Below are positions 19,033-28,245 of a stretch of DNA of 64,000 nucleotides, one piece after another. Each line of letters opens with the position of its first letter. Positions within the stretch are counted from its first letter, which is position 1. A program made the position numbers and the translations under genes. Under the pieces are notes generated by a model. It worked only from the letters and a program-made list of their open reading frames with translations. It was not told the DNA's origin and did not search any database. Origin of the DNA: Candidatus Saccharimonadales bacterium (GTDB taxonomy: Bacteria; Patescibacteriota; Saccharimonadia; Saccharimonadales; JAYRRP01); contig JAYRRP010000003.1 in NCBI GenBank assembly GCA_041910055.1, forward strand, positions 173,973-237,972. The letters are read 5' to 3'.

Positions 19033-20103
19033 TTATACAACAGTCTTGCCAAATAGTTTTGCTATCTTATTTCTAAGCTTCCAAAAACGTGAAGCTTTAA
19101 TAAGTCTCAATTCGTGTTGTAACTGATCTAAAGCTTGGTTCGCGGATTCGCTCGCTGCACGTAGATCCTTTATAGTATCGTCTTGATCTTTCAGTAAATG
19201 CTTTTTTGCTTTCAGCTCCTTATGTTGTCGCCCTACAAATCCATTAATATCATTTGGATATTTCTTTATTGCCTGCAAAAATAATTTACTGCCGTTTGTG
19301 GCTTCAACCTCTATAAAGCTATTAAAAAGTTCGTCTATTGATGACTGTACAATTTTGCTATATTCCGAATTACCACTGTAGAGTTTTAGAATTTCTTTAT
19401 ATAAATTGAGATGAGAAAAACCATGCCTTTGCCAGATGATAGCTAAATCTTTATCCGAATGCCACCACAGTCCGCCTGGGTGACGTCGATAAGCGCTCAT
19501 TACGTTATTAATAAAACCAATTTCCCCAAACTGGGCATGATATAAATGCATAAACCAATCACCTGGCATTATGTCTTTTGGCATGTTTTTATAGTCCTGT
19601 CGCCGGTATACCACTGAATTTGTTTGAATAAAATTGTGTTTTAGCAGCTCTTTAACGGTAAAATTATTTTTTTCAGTTTGATCTGGGTATATAAAAGATG
19701 GCTCTGCATCATTTTCGAAAAAAACTTTTACCGGATGAAAACATAGGGCATATTTAGGGTTATTGTCTAAAAAGCTAACTTGCTTCTGGAGCTTATCTGG
19801 AACCGTCCAAAAGTCGTCTCCTTCGCAAAGAGCAATATATTCACCTTTGGCATGTGAGAGAGTGTCAAGAAAATTTAGCCAACTACCTAGGTTTTTCTTG
19901 CGGAAAATCGGTTTAATTATTTTGGGGTATCGCTCGGCGTAATCATGAATGATATTTGCTGTGTGATCACTTGAATTATCATCTGCAACAATAGCCTCAA
20001 AATCAAAATCAGTCTTTTGGCTAATAAAACTTTCTAAGGCCTCTTTAATATACTTTTCTTGATTGAAGGTTATAGCGATAATACTGACTCGTGGTTTGCT
20101 CAT
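19033..20103 (-). CDS. GT2 glycosyltransferase with a C-terminal coiled-coil/amphipathic tail
   Basis: The GT-A motif is VSIIAITFNQEKYI...IVADDNSSDHT. The C-terminal ~70 aa are heptad-like (LKDQDDTIKDLRAASESANQALDQLQHELRLIKASRFWKLRNKI). Confidence 0.8.
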   Translation of the reverse strand: MSKPRVSIIAITFNQEKYIKEALESFISQKTDFDFEAIVADDNSSDHTANIIHDYAERYPKIIKPIFRKKNLGSWLNFLDTLSHAKGEYIALCEGDDFWTVPDKLQKQVSFLDNNPKYALCFHPVKVFFENDAEPSFIYPDQTEKNNFTVKELLKHNFIQTNSVVYRRQDYKNMPKDIMPGDWFMHLYHAQFGEIGFINNVMSAYRRHPGGLWWHSDKDLAIIWQRHGFSHLNLYKEILKLYSGNSEYSKIVQSSIDELFNSFIEVEATNGSKLFLQAIKKYPNDINGFVGRQHKELKAKKHLLKDQDDTIKDLRAASESANQALDQLQHELRLIKASRFWKLRNKIAKLFGKTVV

Positions 20104-20106
20104 AGC

Positions 20107-20760
20107 CTATTTCTTGATTATATAAGCCTGCCCATTGAGATTGCTAATGAAAATTTTGTCTTTATCAGCCTTAATTTCATTGACAAATTTTGAGATTCCG
20201 GCACATGCAGAAAGCATACCGTAGTCATCAAAAGCTACAATCCCGGATTTTGAAACTTTATCCCACACAAAGTTAAAAGCATCTTTCGTTGATAAATATA
20301 CGTCCAGGTCAAGATACACAAAAGCTAGTTTCTGGCTTACTATTTCTTGACCAGTTTCCTCGGGAAATATACCTTTCAGAATACGATAGTTCGTAACCCC
20401 AATTTGTTTACTTAAAAAACTCTTCACAAGGTTTTCGTCAGTATCAGCATGGGCTTTATCTATATAATGCTCCCAGGCTGCTGATTTGACTACACCCGTA
20501 AAGGTATCAGCCAGGAAGACTGTTTTACTGGGTAACATCTTGGTAAATATACCTGCTGTGCCACCTCGCCATGTCCCTACTTCTAGAACATTTCCAGGTA
20601 TATTTTTAATCTGTTCCATCAACAAATAGAGCGCGTAACAACGTGGTCGGTCAACTAAAGTGTTCTTTCGTATGGCTTGATAAATTTTATTGAACTTTTT
20701 GTCCAGGAACCAAGGCGCGTCATATGGATAACTATGGACAGGCCCATCATCATAATGCAA
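20107..20760 (-). CDS. TylF/MycF-like SAM-dependent (O-)methyltransferase
   Basis: It has an LEVGTWRGGTAG SAM-binding loop and a metal-binding-like YLDLDVY...FDDY pattern. The start is uncertain: a TTG at 20760, but protein-like sequence continues upstream in frame. Confidence 0.65.
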   Translation of the reverse strand: MHYDDGPVHSYPYDAPWFLDKKFNKIYQAIRKNTLVDRPRCYALYLLMEQIKNIPGNVLEVGTWRGGTAGIFTKMLPSKTVFLADTFTGVVKSAAWEHYIDKAHADTDENLVKSFLSKQIGVTNYRILKGIFPEETGQEIVSQKLAFVYLDLDVYLSTKDAFNFVWDKVSKSGIVAFDDYGMLSACAGISKFVNEIKADKDKIFISNLNGQAYIIKK

Positions 20761-20823
20761 CAGAGCATAGCCCTTTTCCTTATAATCAACTCTGATTTTA
20801 TCTACATCTTTCGTGATACTACC

Positions 20824-22110
20824 TCAAAACTTCTCTATTAAACTTTCAATCATGTGCGCATCGAATACTGGAATTTTACGTTTCTCATAAACCATTTTTC
20901 TCTCCGCAAATGAATCATCAATAAAGATAGCGTCTTTTTCGGTAATATAGCTATATTTTTCGGTATCATCCTGTATCCATATCAAATCGTCAAAGACACT
21001 TGTTAATCTATACCGCTTAAGACTGTCCTCAAGCTGCTTTTTGTGTTTCGTGAGCAAGTGAATTTTGATTTTTTTATTCATGCATTGATACACAAAAGCC
21101 ATTACCATAGGGTTTACCTGGCCTTCAAAGATAACAAGGTCATCAAAATCTAAATAAACGTGTTTATAGGATAGGTCGTGGTGGTAGAGGTTATAGAGAG
21201 CACGGTCAATCGTTATATTGTAGTTGTTCTCAAAGATAGTTACGTCCTGCCCTAGTGCATCAAATAAGCTTAGCAACGCAAGATTTACACCCTTACTTCT
21301 TACTAACCCCATGGTACCGGCAACCCGTGGTGCTATTTCCATTAAGATGAGTTCATTATCATTGTTTTCTTTCACTTGGAAAAACCACACACCCCGAAAT
21401 TGTAGCTGTGCGTTAATTGTGTGCGCCATACGTGTAAATCGTTCATCATTAACTGTTTCAGAACTCACACTAATGCCATTAGATATTCGTTTTCTTTCTC
21501 GCCCCTCGCTAAACAATAGCTTGCCATCTTTGTTTGTAAAGCAGTCTACAGTGTATTCTTTGCCCGGAAGGTATTCCAACATTAATAAAGTAGGGTCTTG
21601 TTGCAAATAAAAAGTTACATCTTCTAGCGTTTTTGCCAAAAAAGTACCCTTCGAGCCCTGACCAATATCAGGTTTCATAAAAATCGGGAAATCCTTTTGA
21701 GTAAGTTCTTGCACATCTTTGTACAGCTTGGGCGTTGGTAAAAGTTGCTGAAAGGTTTCTAGGGTCTTTCGTTTTGAGCGAGCTATTTCGCAAGTTGCTA
21801 GCGGCGAACCGACTACTTTACAGCGCAAACTTCCATCTGACTTAGCTCTAGCTAGCTTGACTGCCACACTATCATGGGCCGGAAACACAAAATCAATTTT
21901 ATTTTGGTCTATTATTCCGTTGAGCCTATCAATAAAGCTACCCTCATCAACGTGGGGAATATTTTCAATGTAATTTCTGTATACAAAGCGGGCATGATCA
22001 GGTACAGAGGATCCTCCAAATATTGAGAAATGCGTCGATAAATGAAGAGACCTATAAATTTCCAACCCGATTTCTGAGCCAGCTGGAAATACCAAAACAT
22101 TATATTTCAT
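20824..22110 (-). CDS. ATP-grasp ligase with a C-terminal HAD-like extension
   Basis: The protein is 428 aa. The ATP-grasp core runs FPIFMKPDIGQGSKGT...LMLEYLPGKEYTVDCF...EIAPRVAG. The C-terminal ~100 aa end with an IFIDDSFAER HAD-motif-like segment. Confidence 0.65.
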   Translation of the reverse strand: MKYNVLVFPAGSEIGLEIYRSLHLSTHFSIFGGSSVPDHARFVYRNYIENIPHVDEGSFIDRLNGIIDQNKIDFVFPAHDSVAVKLARAKSDGSLRCKVVGSPLATCEIARSKRKTLETFQQLLPTPKLYKDVQELTQKDFPIFMKPDIGQGSKGTFLAKTLEDVTFYLQQDPTLLMLEYLPGKEYTVDCFTNKDGKLLFSEGRERKRISNGISVSSETVNDERFTRMAHTINAQLQFRGVWFFQVKENNDNELILMEIAPRVAGTMGLVRSKGVNLALLSLFDALGQDVTIFENNYNITIDRALYNLYHHDLSYKHVYLDFDDLVIFEGQVNPMVMAFVYQCMNKKIKIHLLTKHKKQLEDSLKRYRLTSVFDDLIWIQDDTEKYSYITEKDAIFIDDSFAERKMVYEKRKIPVFDAHMIESLIEKF

Positions 22111-22715
22111 TTTTCAACCTCGGCTATCAAGTTTGATTCTTCCCGGGTTTCCAAATTGCGTAAGAGAGGATATTTACTCTGATTGAGTTTACACCGGCTG
22201 ATCTTTCCCTGGTCAAAACCAGCCTCTACTAGACGTCGCTTTAGTTCCTCAAAGTCGTACAACCACTGATGTCCCCACCACCGAAAGGACATATTTATCC
22301 ATTCTGCCTTGGTCTGGATAAAAGTTAGTTTCCGTCTTTTTATGACCGGGTCTTTATCAAGTGATAATTTAACGTAATTGTTTGTGATAACTTCAAGGTC
22401 AGGCATAGCTATTCGTAGCACACCTCCAGGTTCTAAAACCCTCATGAAATCTTTTAATATTTTTTGACCATCTTCAACGCTAAAATGCTCCATGAAGTGT
22501 TCGTTGTATATAAACTTTATGCTATTATCAGCAAAAGGTAATGGCTTCATTAGATCCCAATTGAGATCTAAGTTTTCAATATTATTATCCGAATTATTGT
22601 CGATATTTATCCAGCCTCGTTTGTAATCAGTACCACACCCAATATTTAACTTAAGGTCATCACGGTGACGCTTTAAGAATAATCTTAATTTTTGCCTGTC
22701 CAAGATCTGCTTCAT
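22107..22715 (-). CDS. Class I SAM-dependent methyltransferase
   Basis: It has an LNIGCGTD SAM motif I and an LEPGGVLRIAMPD motif. It has 4-nt overlaps with both neighbours. Confidence 0.75.
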   Translation of the reverse strand: MKQILDRQKLRLFLKRHRDDLKLNIGCGTDYKRGWINIDNNSDNNIENLDLNWDLMKPLPFADNSIKFIYNEHFMEHFSVEDGQKILKDFMRVLEPGGVLRIAMPDLEVITNNYVKLSLDKDPVIKRRKLTFIQTKAEWINMSFRWWGHQWLYDFEELKRRLVEAGFDQGKISRCKLNQSKYPLLRNLETREESNLIAEVEK

Positions 22716-23788
22716 GATTTAAGTACCTCACATATTTTGTGAATTATATCTGTATCAAGTTCACTATAGAGGGGTAAACACATAATACGTGTAGCGATAT
22801 CTTCAGCAACGGGACATGATTGATGGTCGTCCTTCAAATAAGGTAAGGTGTTGAGTGCTGGATAGAAATAGCGCCTAGGATAAATGTGCTTTTTGTTCAG
22901 ATCCTTTATCTTTTGCTGCAGCTGTGCGTGGTTATCTAGAATAATAGGGTAGTATGCGTAATTGCTGGCTGTACCGTTCGCAACAAGTGGGCGCTCGAAA
23001 GTATCCTTGAGCAAACTATCATAAAGCTCTACACGAACTTTTCGTTCTTTTATTATTTTATCAATGTATTTTAGATTACAGAGACCCATGGCAGCATGAA
23101 ATTCAGAAGCTTTAGCATTGATACCTAGTCTGAGATGATCATCACCGTTATGCCCAAATCTTTTTATAAGATCTATTTTCTCGTTTATAGCTTTATCAGG
23201 TGAAATAATACAGCCGCCCTCAATTGTATGGAATAGTTTTGTGGCGTGAAAACTGCAGGTAGAAATGTCCCCGTAGCTAAGTAATGGCTTGCCACCATAA
23301 TTTGTTCCAAAGGCATGCGCCCCATCATAAATTACTTTAAGGTTGTACCTTTTCGAAATCTTTTCAATTTGTTCAATATCACATGGATTACCGAAAATAT
23401 GCACCGGCATGAGTGCTTTCGTATCTTTCGTGATAGCAGCCTCTATTTTAGATGGGTCTATGCATAAAGTCCGGGGATCGATGTCAACAAACACTGGGCT
23501 ACATCCTTCCCATAGAATAGCAGAGGTAGTTGCTACATAGGAAAAGGGTGTAGTGATAATTTCTCCAGATGTAAGGTTGAAGGCTCTCAACGCAATTTGC
23601 AAAGCTAAGGTGCCATTGGTAACAAATTGTAAGTTTGGCACTCCTAGGTATTGTTCCAGTCGACGCTCCAATACGCTTAAGAGTGGGCCTTGGTTAGTTA
23701 CTTGTCCGTTATCCCATATCTGAGCCAGGTAATTTTGGTATTCGGTAATAGGCGGCAAGAAAGTTTTGGTTACATTAACTTTTTCCAC
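22712..23788 (-). CDS. DegT/DnrJ/EryC1-family aminotransferase (WecE/QdtB-like, probably acting on a dTDP-keto-deoxyhexose)
   Basis: The protein is 358 aa. The PLP-lysine context is CSFHATKLFHTIEGG. The substrate is inferred from linkage to rfbA/rfbB. Confidence 0.85.
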   Translation of the reverse strand: MEKVNVTKTFLPPITEYQNYLAQIWDNGQVTNQGPLLSVLERRLEQYLGVPNLQFVTNGTLALQIALRAFNLTSGEIITTPFSYVATTSAILWEGCSPVFVDIDPRTLCIDPSKIEAAITKDTKALMPVHIFGNPCDIEQIEKISKRYNLKVIYDGAHAFGTNYGGKPLLSYGDISTCSFHATKLFHTIEGGCIISPDKAINEKIDLIKRFGHNGDDHLRLGINAKASEFHAAMGLCNLKYIDKIIKERKVRVELYDSLLKDTFERPLVANGTASNYAYYPIILDNHAQLQQKIKDLNKKHIYPRRYFYPALNTLPYLKDDHQSCPVAEDIATRIMCLPLYSELDTDIIHKICEVLKS

Positions 23789-23885
23789 TGTTATATCAGA
23801 ACCTCCCGATACGGTCTCTATACAATCATATCATTAAGTAACCCTTAAAGACGAAAGACAATATAGCGCACAAACACAAGTAAGC

Positions 23886-25034
23886 TTATGTACTATCCCA
23901 ATTATTCTCGAGCTTAAGGGCGCCGCCTTTGGTTGGGTCATTTTGCTTCACCACAAACTCAGCCTTTGTTTTGCCAATGGCTACAATTTCTCTGTTTTTT
24001 GCCCTAAACAAAGCTACTGCAACTTGATACATGCCACCGTTTAAGTGAGTAGTATCAAGCCTATATGTAATTTTGCCTTCCTTTATTAGCTTTAGAGCAT
24101 TAAGTGTGTTTATCTCGGCAATAGATGCTCCATCTTTCAAAACAGCTATACCCACGTATAACTCTTCGGTTTTCTCTGCCCCAAACTTAACTTGAAGCGT
24201 AAGGGATTCTTCTGTTTGCCTGACAGTTTTTATTGATATTTTATGAAGGGACGAAAGACCATCTGGTTCGTGGTTTGTTTTAGCTTTAGCAGCAGATTCA
24301 ATATTATCCTGTGCATAGGTATCGGCTATCTCGGATGGATTACCTATTTGCGTAAGTCTGCCGTTGCGAATGTAAACAGCCCGATTGCAGAACCTCCTGA
24401 CCGCTGCCATGTCATGCGAGACAAAAACTACAGTCTTTTTTTGCTCCTTTAGCTGTTCAAAATAATCAAAACATTTTTGCTGGAAAGCCGCGTCACCCAC
24501 CGCCAGGACCTCGTCAATAAGCAAGATGTCGCTGTTCGCCCTAATAGCTATAGAGAATGCAAGACGAACCTGCATGCCAGATGAGTAATTCTTAAGCTTT
24601 TGGTCCATGAATCTCTCTAGTTCGGCAAAGTCGACGATCTCCTTATACATTCCTTCCATTTGTTTTCGAGTGAAGCCAAGTAACGCCCCATTCAAGTACA
24701 CATTTTCTCTACCCGTCAACTCATGATTAAATCCTACGCCTAGTTCAATAAAAGGGGTAAGTCTGCCATTTACGTGAATTGTACCTTGCGAGGGCGCATA
24801 AATACCCGCTAACAATTTGAGTAAAGTACTTTTGCCACTACCATTGCGACCAACTATGCCAAAAAATTCACCCTTGTTAACTTCAAAAGAGATATTTTTT
24901 AGTGCTTTTTGCTGCTCGTAGGTACGGCTAGCATTAAATAAACTCGTAAATAAACTTTTTATTGACGACTGCTTCTCATGGGGTAATTTAAACGACTTGC
25001 TAACCCCTTCAATTTGTACCGAATACTCACTCAC
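23886..25034 (-). CDS. Polysaccharide ABC-exporter ATPase (Wzt/TagH-like) with a C-terminal extra domain
   Basis: Walker A is GRNGSGKST, the signature is YSSGMQVRL and Walker B is ILLIDEVLAVGD. About 130 extra C-terminal residues have beta-rich character. Confidence 0.85.
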   Translation of the reverse strand: MSEYSVQIEGVSKSFKLPHEKQSSIKSLFTSLFNASRTYEQQKALKNISFEVNKGEFFGIVGRNGSGKSTLLKLLAGIYAPSQGTIHVNGRLTPFIELGVGFNHELTGRENVYLNGALLGFTRKQMEGMYKEIVDFAELERFMDQKLKNYSSGMQVRLAFSIAIRANSDILLIDEVLAVGDAAFQQKCFDYFEQLKEQKKTVVFVSHDMAAVRRFCNRAVYIRNGRLTQIGNPSEIADTYAQDNIESAAKAKTNHEPDGLSSLHKISIKTVRQTEESLTLQVKFGAEKTEELYVGIAVLKDGASIAEINTLNALKLIKEGKITYRLDTTHLNGGMYQVAVALFRAKNREIVAIGKTKAEFVVKQNDPTKGGALKLENNWDST

Positions 25035-25835
25035 TTATAGATTCTCCGCAAAGTTAGGGGCTTCTTTTTTGAAATAAAGTATGCCACAAATGAGCAGTAG
25101 GAGCGTGATTCCATAAGGAATAATCCAAGCAGCGTTTGACCCATACACTTGGCCAATAGTTTGCGTAGAATGCGTAACTGCTGCATAGCGTGCATCCTGA
25201 ATTGCTACAGCAACTGGATTCAGTAAAAGTATCTTTTGAAAAGTAACATTTGTTATGCGACTCAGGGGATATAATATGGGAGTCAGGTAAAAGAGAGCTT
25301 GTAGACATACTTCCCAAATGTGCGTTACATCACGGTATTTTACAAATAGTGCAGCTAAAAATAATGAAACGCCGAGGGCACATAAATAAAGTTGAATAAA
25401 TATAATAGGCAGCCACAGACCAGTTCGAAGTAAATCAACATGGTTGAACAGCATAAATACAGCGACCACTATTAGGTTAAGGCCAAAATTTATCAGCGCA
25501 GTGACACTGCTTGATAGCACAATAATCCAACGTGGAATCCTTATTTTTCGAATAAGATCTCCTCTTCCAACGATTGAACCTAAGCTAAGGCTTGTCATCT
25601 CAGCAAAGAAATTCCACATTACAATGCCGAGTAACAGATAGATGGGATAATGTGGTACCCCAGTCCCAAGTTTTAAAAATTTCACAAATACAATATATAA
25701 GATCAGAAACAATAAAAGGGGGCGCAGCAGCGACCATGTATAGCCAAGCACGGAACCCTGGTAACGCAGCTTAAAGTCGGTTCTAACGAGCTCTGCCAAT
25801 AATGAGCGGTTCTTTTGAGACCAAATCTGTTTCAT
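25035..25835 (-). CDS. ABC-2 type polysaccharide exporter permease (Wzm/TagG-like)
   Basis: The protein is 266 aa with six hydrophobic segments. It directly abuts the ATPase gene with no gap. Confidence 0.85.
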   Translation of the reverse strand: MKQIWSQKNRSLLAELVRTDFKLRYQGSVLGYTWSLLRPLLLFLILYIVFVKFLKLGTGVPHYPIYLLLGIVMWNFFAEMTSLSLGSIVGRGDLIRKIRIPRWIIVLSSSVTALINFGLNLIVVAVFMLFNHVDLLRTGLWLPIIFIQLYLCALGVSLFLAALFVKYRDVTHIWEVCLQALFYLTPILYPLSRITNVTFQKILLLNPVAVAIQDARYAAVTHSTQTIGQVYGSNAAWIIPYGITLLLLICGILYFKKEAPNFAENL

Positions 25836-25895
25836 GAAAGCTGGTTCATATTATAAACCAAACCTATCCCTTAGGTGCGTTATACTTAAAAAATA

Positions 25896-26903
25896 ATGAA
25901 AGTTGCTGTAGTAATCCCAAACTGGAATGGGGCTGAGCTTATAACAACTTGCCTTCACTCACTTGAAAAACAAACTATTAAGGCTGAAATAATAGTGGTC
26001 GATAACGGTTCTCACGACGAATCAGTACAAATCATTAAGTCTACATTCCCAAAAACTCTACTCCAAGAGAATCATAAGAATCTTGGATTTGCCAGGGGTG
26101 TAAACCAAGGCATTAAAAAAGCCATGGCGCTTGATGTGCAATATGTCGCTTTGTTTAATAATGATGCGGAGGCAGATGCACAATGGTTGGAACGACTTGT
26201 GCGCTGCCTTGACGAGCATCCAGATACCGCCATTGCAACATGTAAATTTTTGAATTCAGATGGTAAAAAAATTGATAGTACTAGTGAGAGGTATACCATC
26301 TGGGGATTGTCTTATCCACGTGGACGTGACGAGCCGGTTTCCGATAAATATGATAATCAAAAACTGGTGTTTGGTGCAAGCGGTGGTGCAAGCCTATATC
26401 GAGTTGAAGCACTGAAGGAAATTGGTTTGTTTGATGAAGGATTTTTTGCCTACTATGAAGATGTTGACATTAGCTTCCGCGCCCAGCTGGCTGGTTGGAA
26501 AGTGCGTTATGTGCCCGAAGCAATCGCCACTCACCAAATCAGCGCCACAACCGGCAAAATTAAAGGTTTTGCCACCTATCACACCATTAAGAACTTGCCT
26601 CTACTTTTATGGAAAAACGTTCCGAGAAAATTATTGCCCACCCTGTTACCCCGATTTATCTTGGCCCATAAAGCGTTCGTATTCAGCGCCATTGCCCGCG
26701 GGGAAGTCTGGCCGGCTATCAAGGGGGTTGCGATGGCAACATGGTTACTTCCTGGGGCGCTGGTGCAACGACACCGTATCCAACGAAAATGCAAAGTAAG
26801 TCCAGCCTATATTGCCTCTATTCTAGTATGGGACTTGCCTCCCAACGCCTATAAACTGCGCCGATTGCGCGCTAAATGGTGGCACTTGGTAGGCCGCAGT
26901 TAG
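25896..26903 (+). CDS. GT2 glycosyltransferase (rhamnosyltransferase-like)
   Basis: The GT-A pattern is VAVVIPNWNG...IIVVDNGSHDES...FNNDAE...YYEDVD. Confidence 0.8.
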   Translation: MKVAVVIPNWNGAELITTCLHSLEKQTIKAEIIVVDNGSHDESVQIIKSTFPKTLLQENHKNLGFARGVNQGIKKAMALDVQYVALFNNDAEADAQWLERLVRCLDEHPDTAIATCKFLNSDGKKIDSTSERYTIWGLSYPRGRDEPVSDKYDNQKLVFGASGGASLYRVEALKEIGLFDEGFFAYYEDVDISFRAQLAGWKVRYVPEAIATHQISATTGKIKGFATYHTIKNLPLLLWKNVPRKLLPTLLPRFILAHKAFVFSAIARGEVWPAIKGVAMATWLLPGALVQRHRIQRKCKVSPAYIASILVWDLPPNAYKLRRLRAKWWHLVGRS

Positions 26904-28225
26904 GCCGGTTGCCTGTGCTTACTATCTAATCTGTATTTTTCTTTGGTACTGAGACCTAATATTGTTCCCGCTACTAACCACCATTGGGCCGCTACAGCCT
27001 CATTACTCCAAGTTAGTAGCAACAAACTGCACAAGAAAATACCAATGAAAGTGGTGGTGAGCGCCATAGCTGCTGGCCCACGGATTTGCACTAGCCACTG
27101 GAGCATCAGGCCCATAATTAGCAACAGCAATATCAGACCGAGAATACCCACCTCATAGCCAATTTGAATATAGTAATTCTCAGTGAGCACTACTGCTGTT
27201 CTAGTGCGGATTGACACTAAGCCGGCTGTGCCCGGCCCGTGGCCTAGTGGTTTCCCGACGATTCCCTCGAGGCCTTGTCGCGCTAGCTCTACGTGCAAAT
27301 TGTTCGAGTCAGTCAGTTTTGTGTTCTCATCTGCGTGAAAAACTACATTCTGCACTACGTATTGATCTCGCAGTAGAAAAATGCTCACTAATAACCCTAC
27401 CATCGTTAGCGCGATAAGTGGCGCATATTTTCTTGTAAATATCGCCAAACGCTGTTTGAAATGCCAGACTACCACCAGAAAGACACTCACCACACAACCA
27501 AGCCACGCACTTCTTGAAAAGGTCAACAATAGTACCCAGCCATGCAACAGTAATAATCCTCCCACGAGTATTTTTGAACCTGCTCGGCGTAGCCAGGCTA
27601 CTACTAACAAAGTGATGGGGAATATAAGGTAGGCGCCTAATGAATTCGGATCACGCAAAGTTGACATGATACGGGGCAGATCCGGCTTGTTATCGATAAA
27701 AAAGGCTGGCCGTGCCCCACGTTCTAGTGAGTATCCAACATGAACAAGGATATCTTTGGGTAACAGGTACTGAATGATGCCCAGTAAACAAACCAAGCTG
27801 CTCATCGCAACTGCCACCCGTAGCAGAGACTGAATGCGTACTTTGCCAGGATAGATCAGTACGGCTCCCCATGCCAAAAGCGCAAAGCCCGGCAGTCGAC
27901 AATTATAAGCTGTCGCTAGTAAGGCATTGCCTGTATCCACGGCCGGATTTTGCCGCCATACCAGCAAATGAATAAGACCATAGGTAAGACTTAATATAAG
28001 CAGCCATTTATACCGGCTATCTTTTTTGTAAGCCCCAGTGTAAAGCACAAGTCCAATGGTCAACGCGAGTCCACCAAGGAGTACGAAATCTTTGGCCACT
28101 TTCCATACTTCTAATCCTCCAGTAACCAAGCTTGCCGATTGGGCAATAAAAATATGCAGCGGCATATAGATGAGCAAGCCTATTACCAAGTAGTAGGGCA
28201 ACTGGCGAAGTTTATTCATCACCAA
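26900..28225 (-). CDS. O-antigen ligase/polymerase-like (Wzy_C-type) polytopic membrane protein
   Basis: The protein is 441 aa with about 11 hydrophobic segments and a larger loop (HADENTKLTDSNNLHVELARQGLEG...GHGPGTAG) typical of WaaL/Wzy-like proteins. Confidence 0.6.
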   Translation of the reverse strand: MVMNKLRQLPYYLVIGLLIYMPLHIFIAQSASLVTGGLEVWKVAKDFVLLGGLALTIGLVLYTGAYKKDSRYKWLLILSLTYGLIHLLVWRQNPAVDTGNALLATAYNCRLPGFALLAWGAVLIYPGKVRIQSLLRVAVAMSSLVCLLGIIQYLLPKDILVHVGYSLERGARPAFFIDNKPDLPRIMSTLRDPNSLGAYLIFPITLLVVAWLRRAGSKILVGGLLLLHGWVLLLTFSRSAWLGCVVSVFLVVVWHFKQRLAIFTRKYAPLIALTMVGLLVSIFLLRDQYVVQNVVFHADENTKLTDSNNLHVELARQGLEGIVGKPLGHGPGTAGLVSIRTRTAVVLTENYYIQIGYEVGILGLILLLLIMGLMLQWLVQIRGPAAMALTTTFIGIFLCSLLLLTWSNEAVAAQWWLVAGTILGLSTKEKYRLDSKHRQPA

Positions 28226-28245
28226 TAATTGTATAGACTTATGCT

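Noticed and set aside
20761-20826. An in-frame TGA between the ATP-grasp gene and the TylF-like methyltransferase, raising the question of UGA recoding (code 25) or a read-through fusion
   Set aside because: TGA clearly terminates many other well-delimited genes here (for example rfbC, and the GT4 gene at 29362-29364). Long ORFs are intact under the standard code. Being in the same frame is a 1-in-3 coincidence. The point is kept only as a start-site uncertainty.
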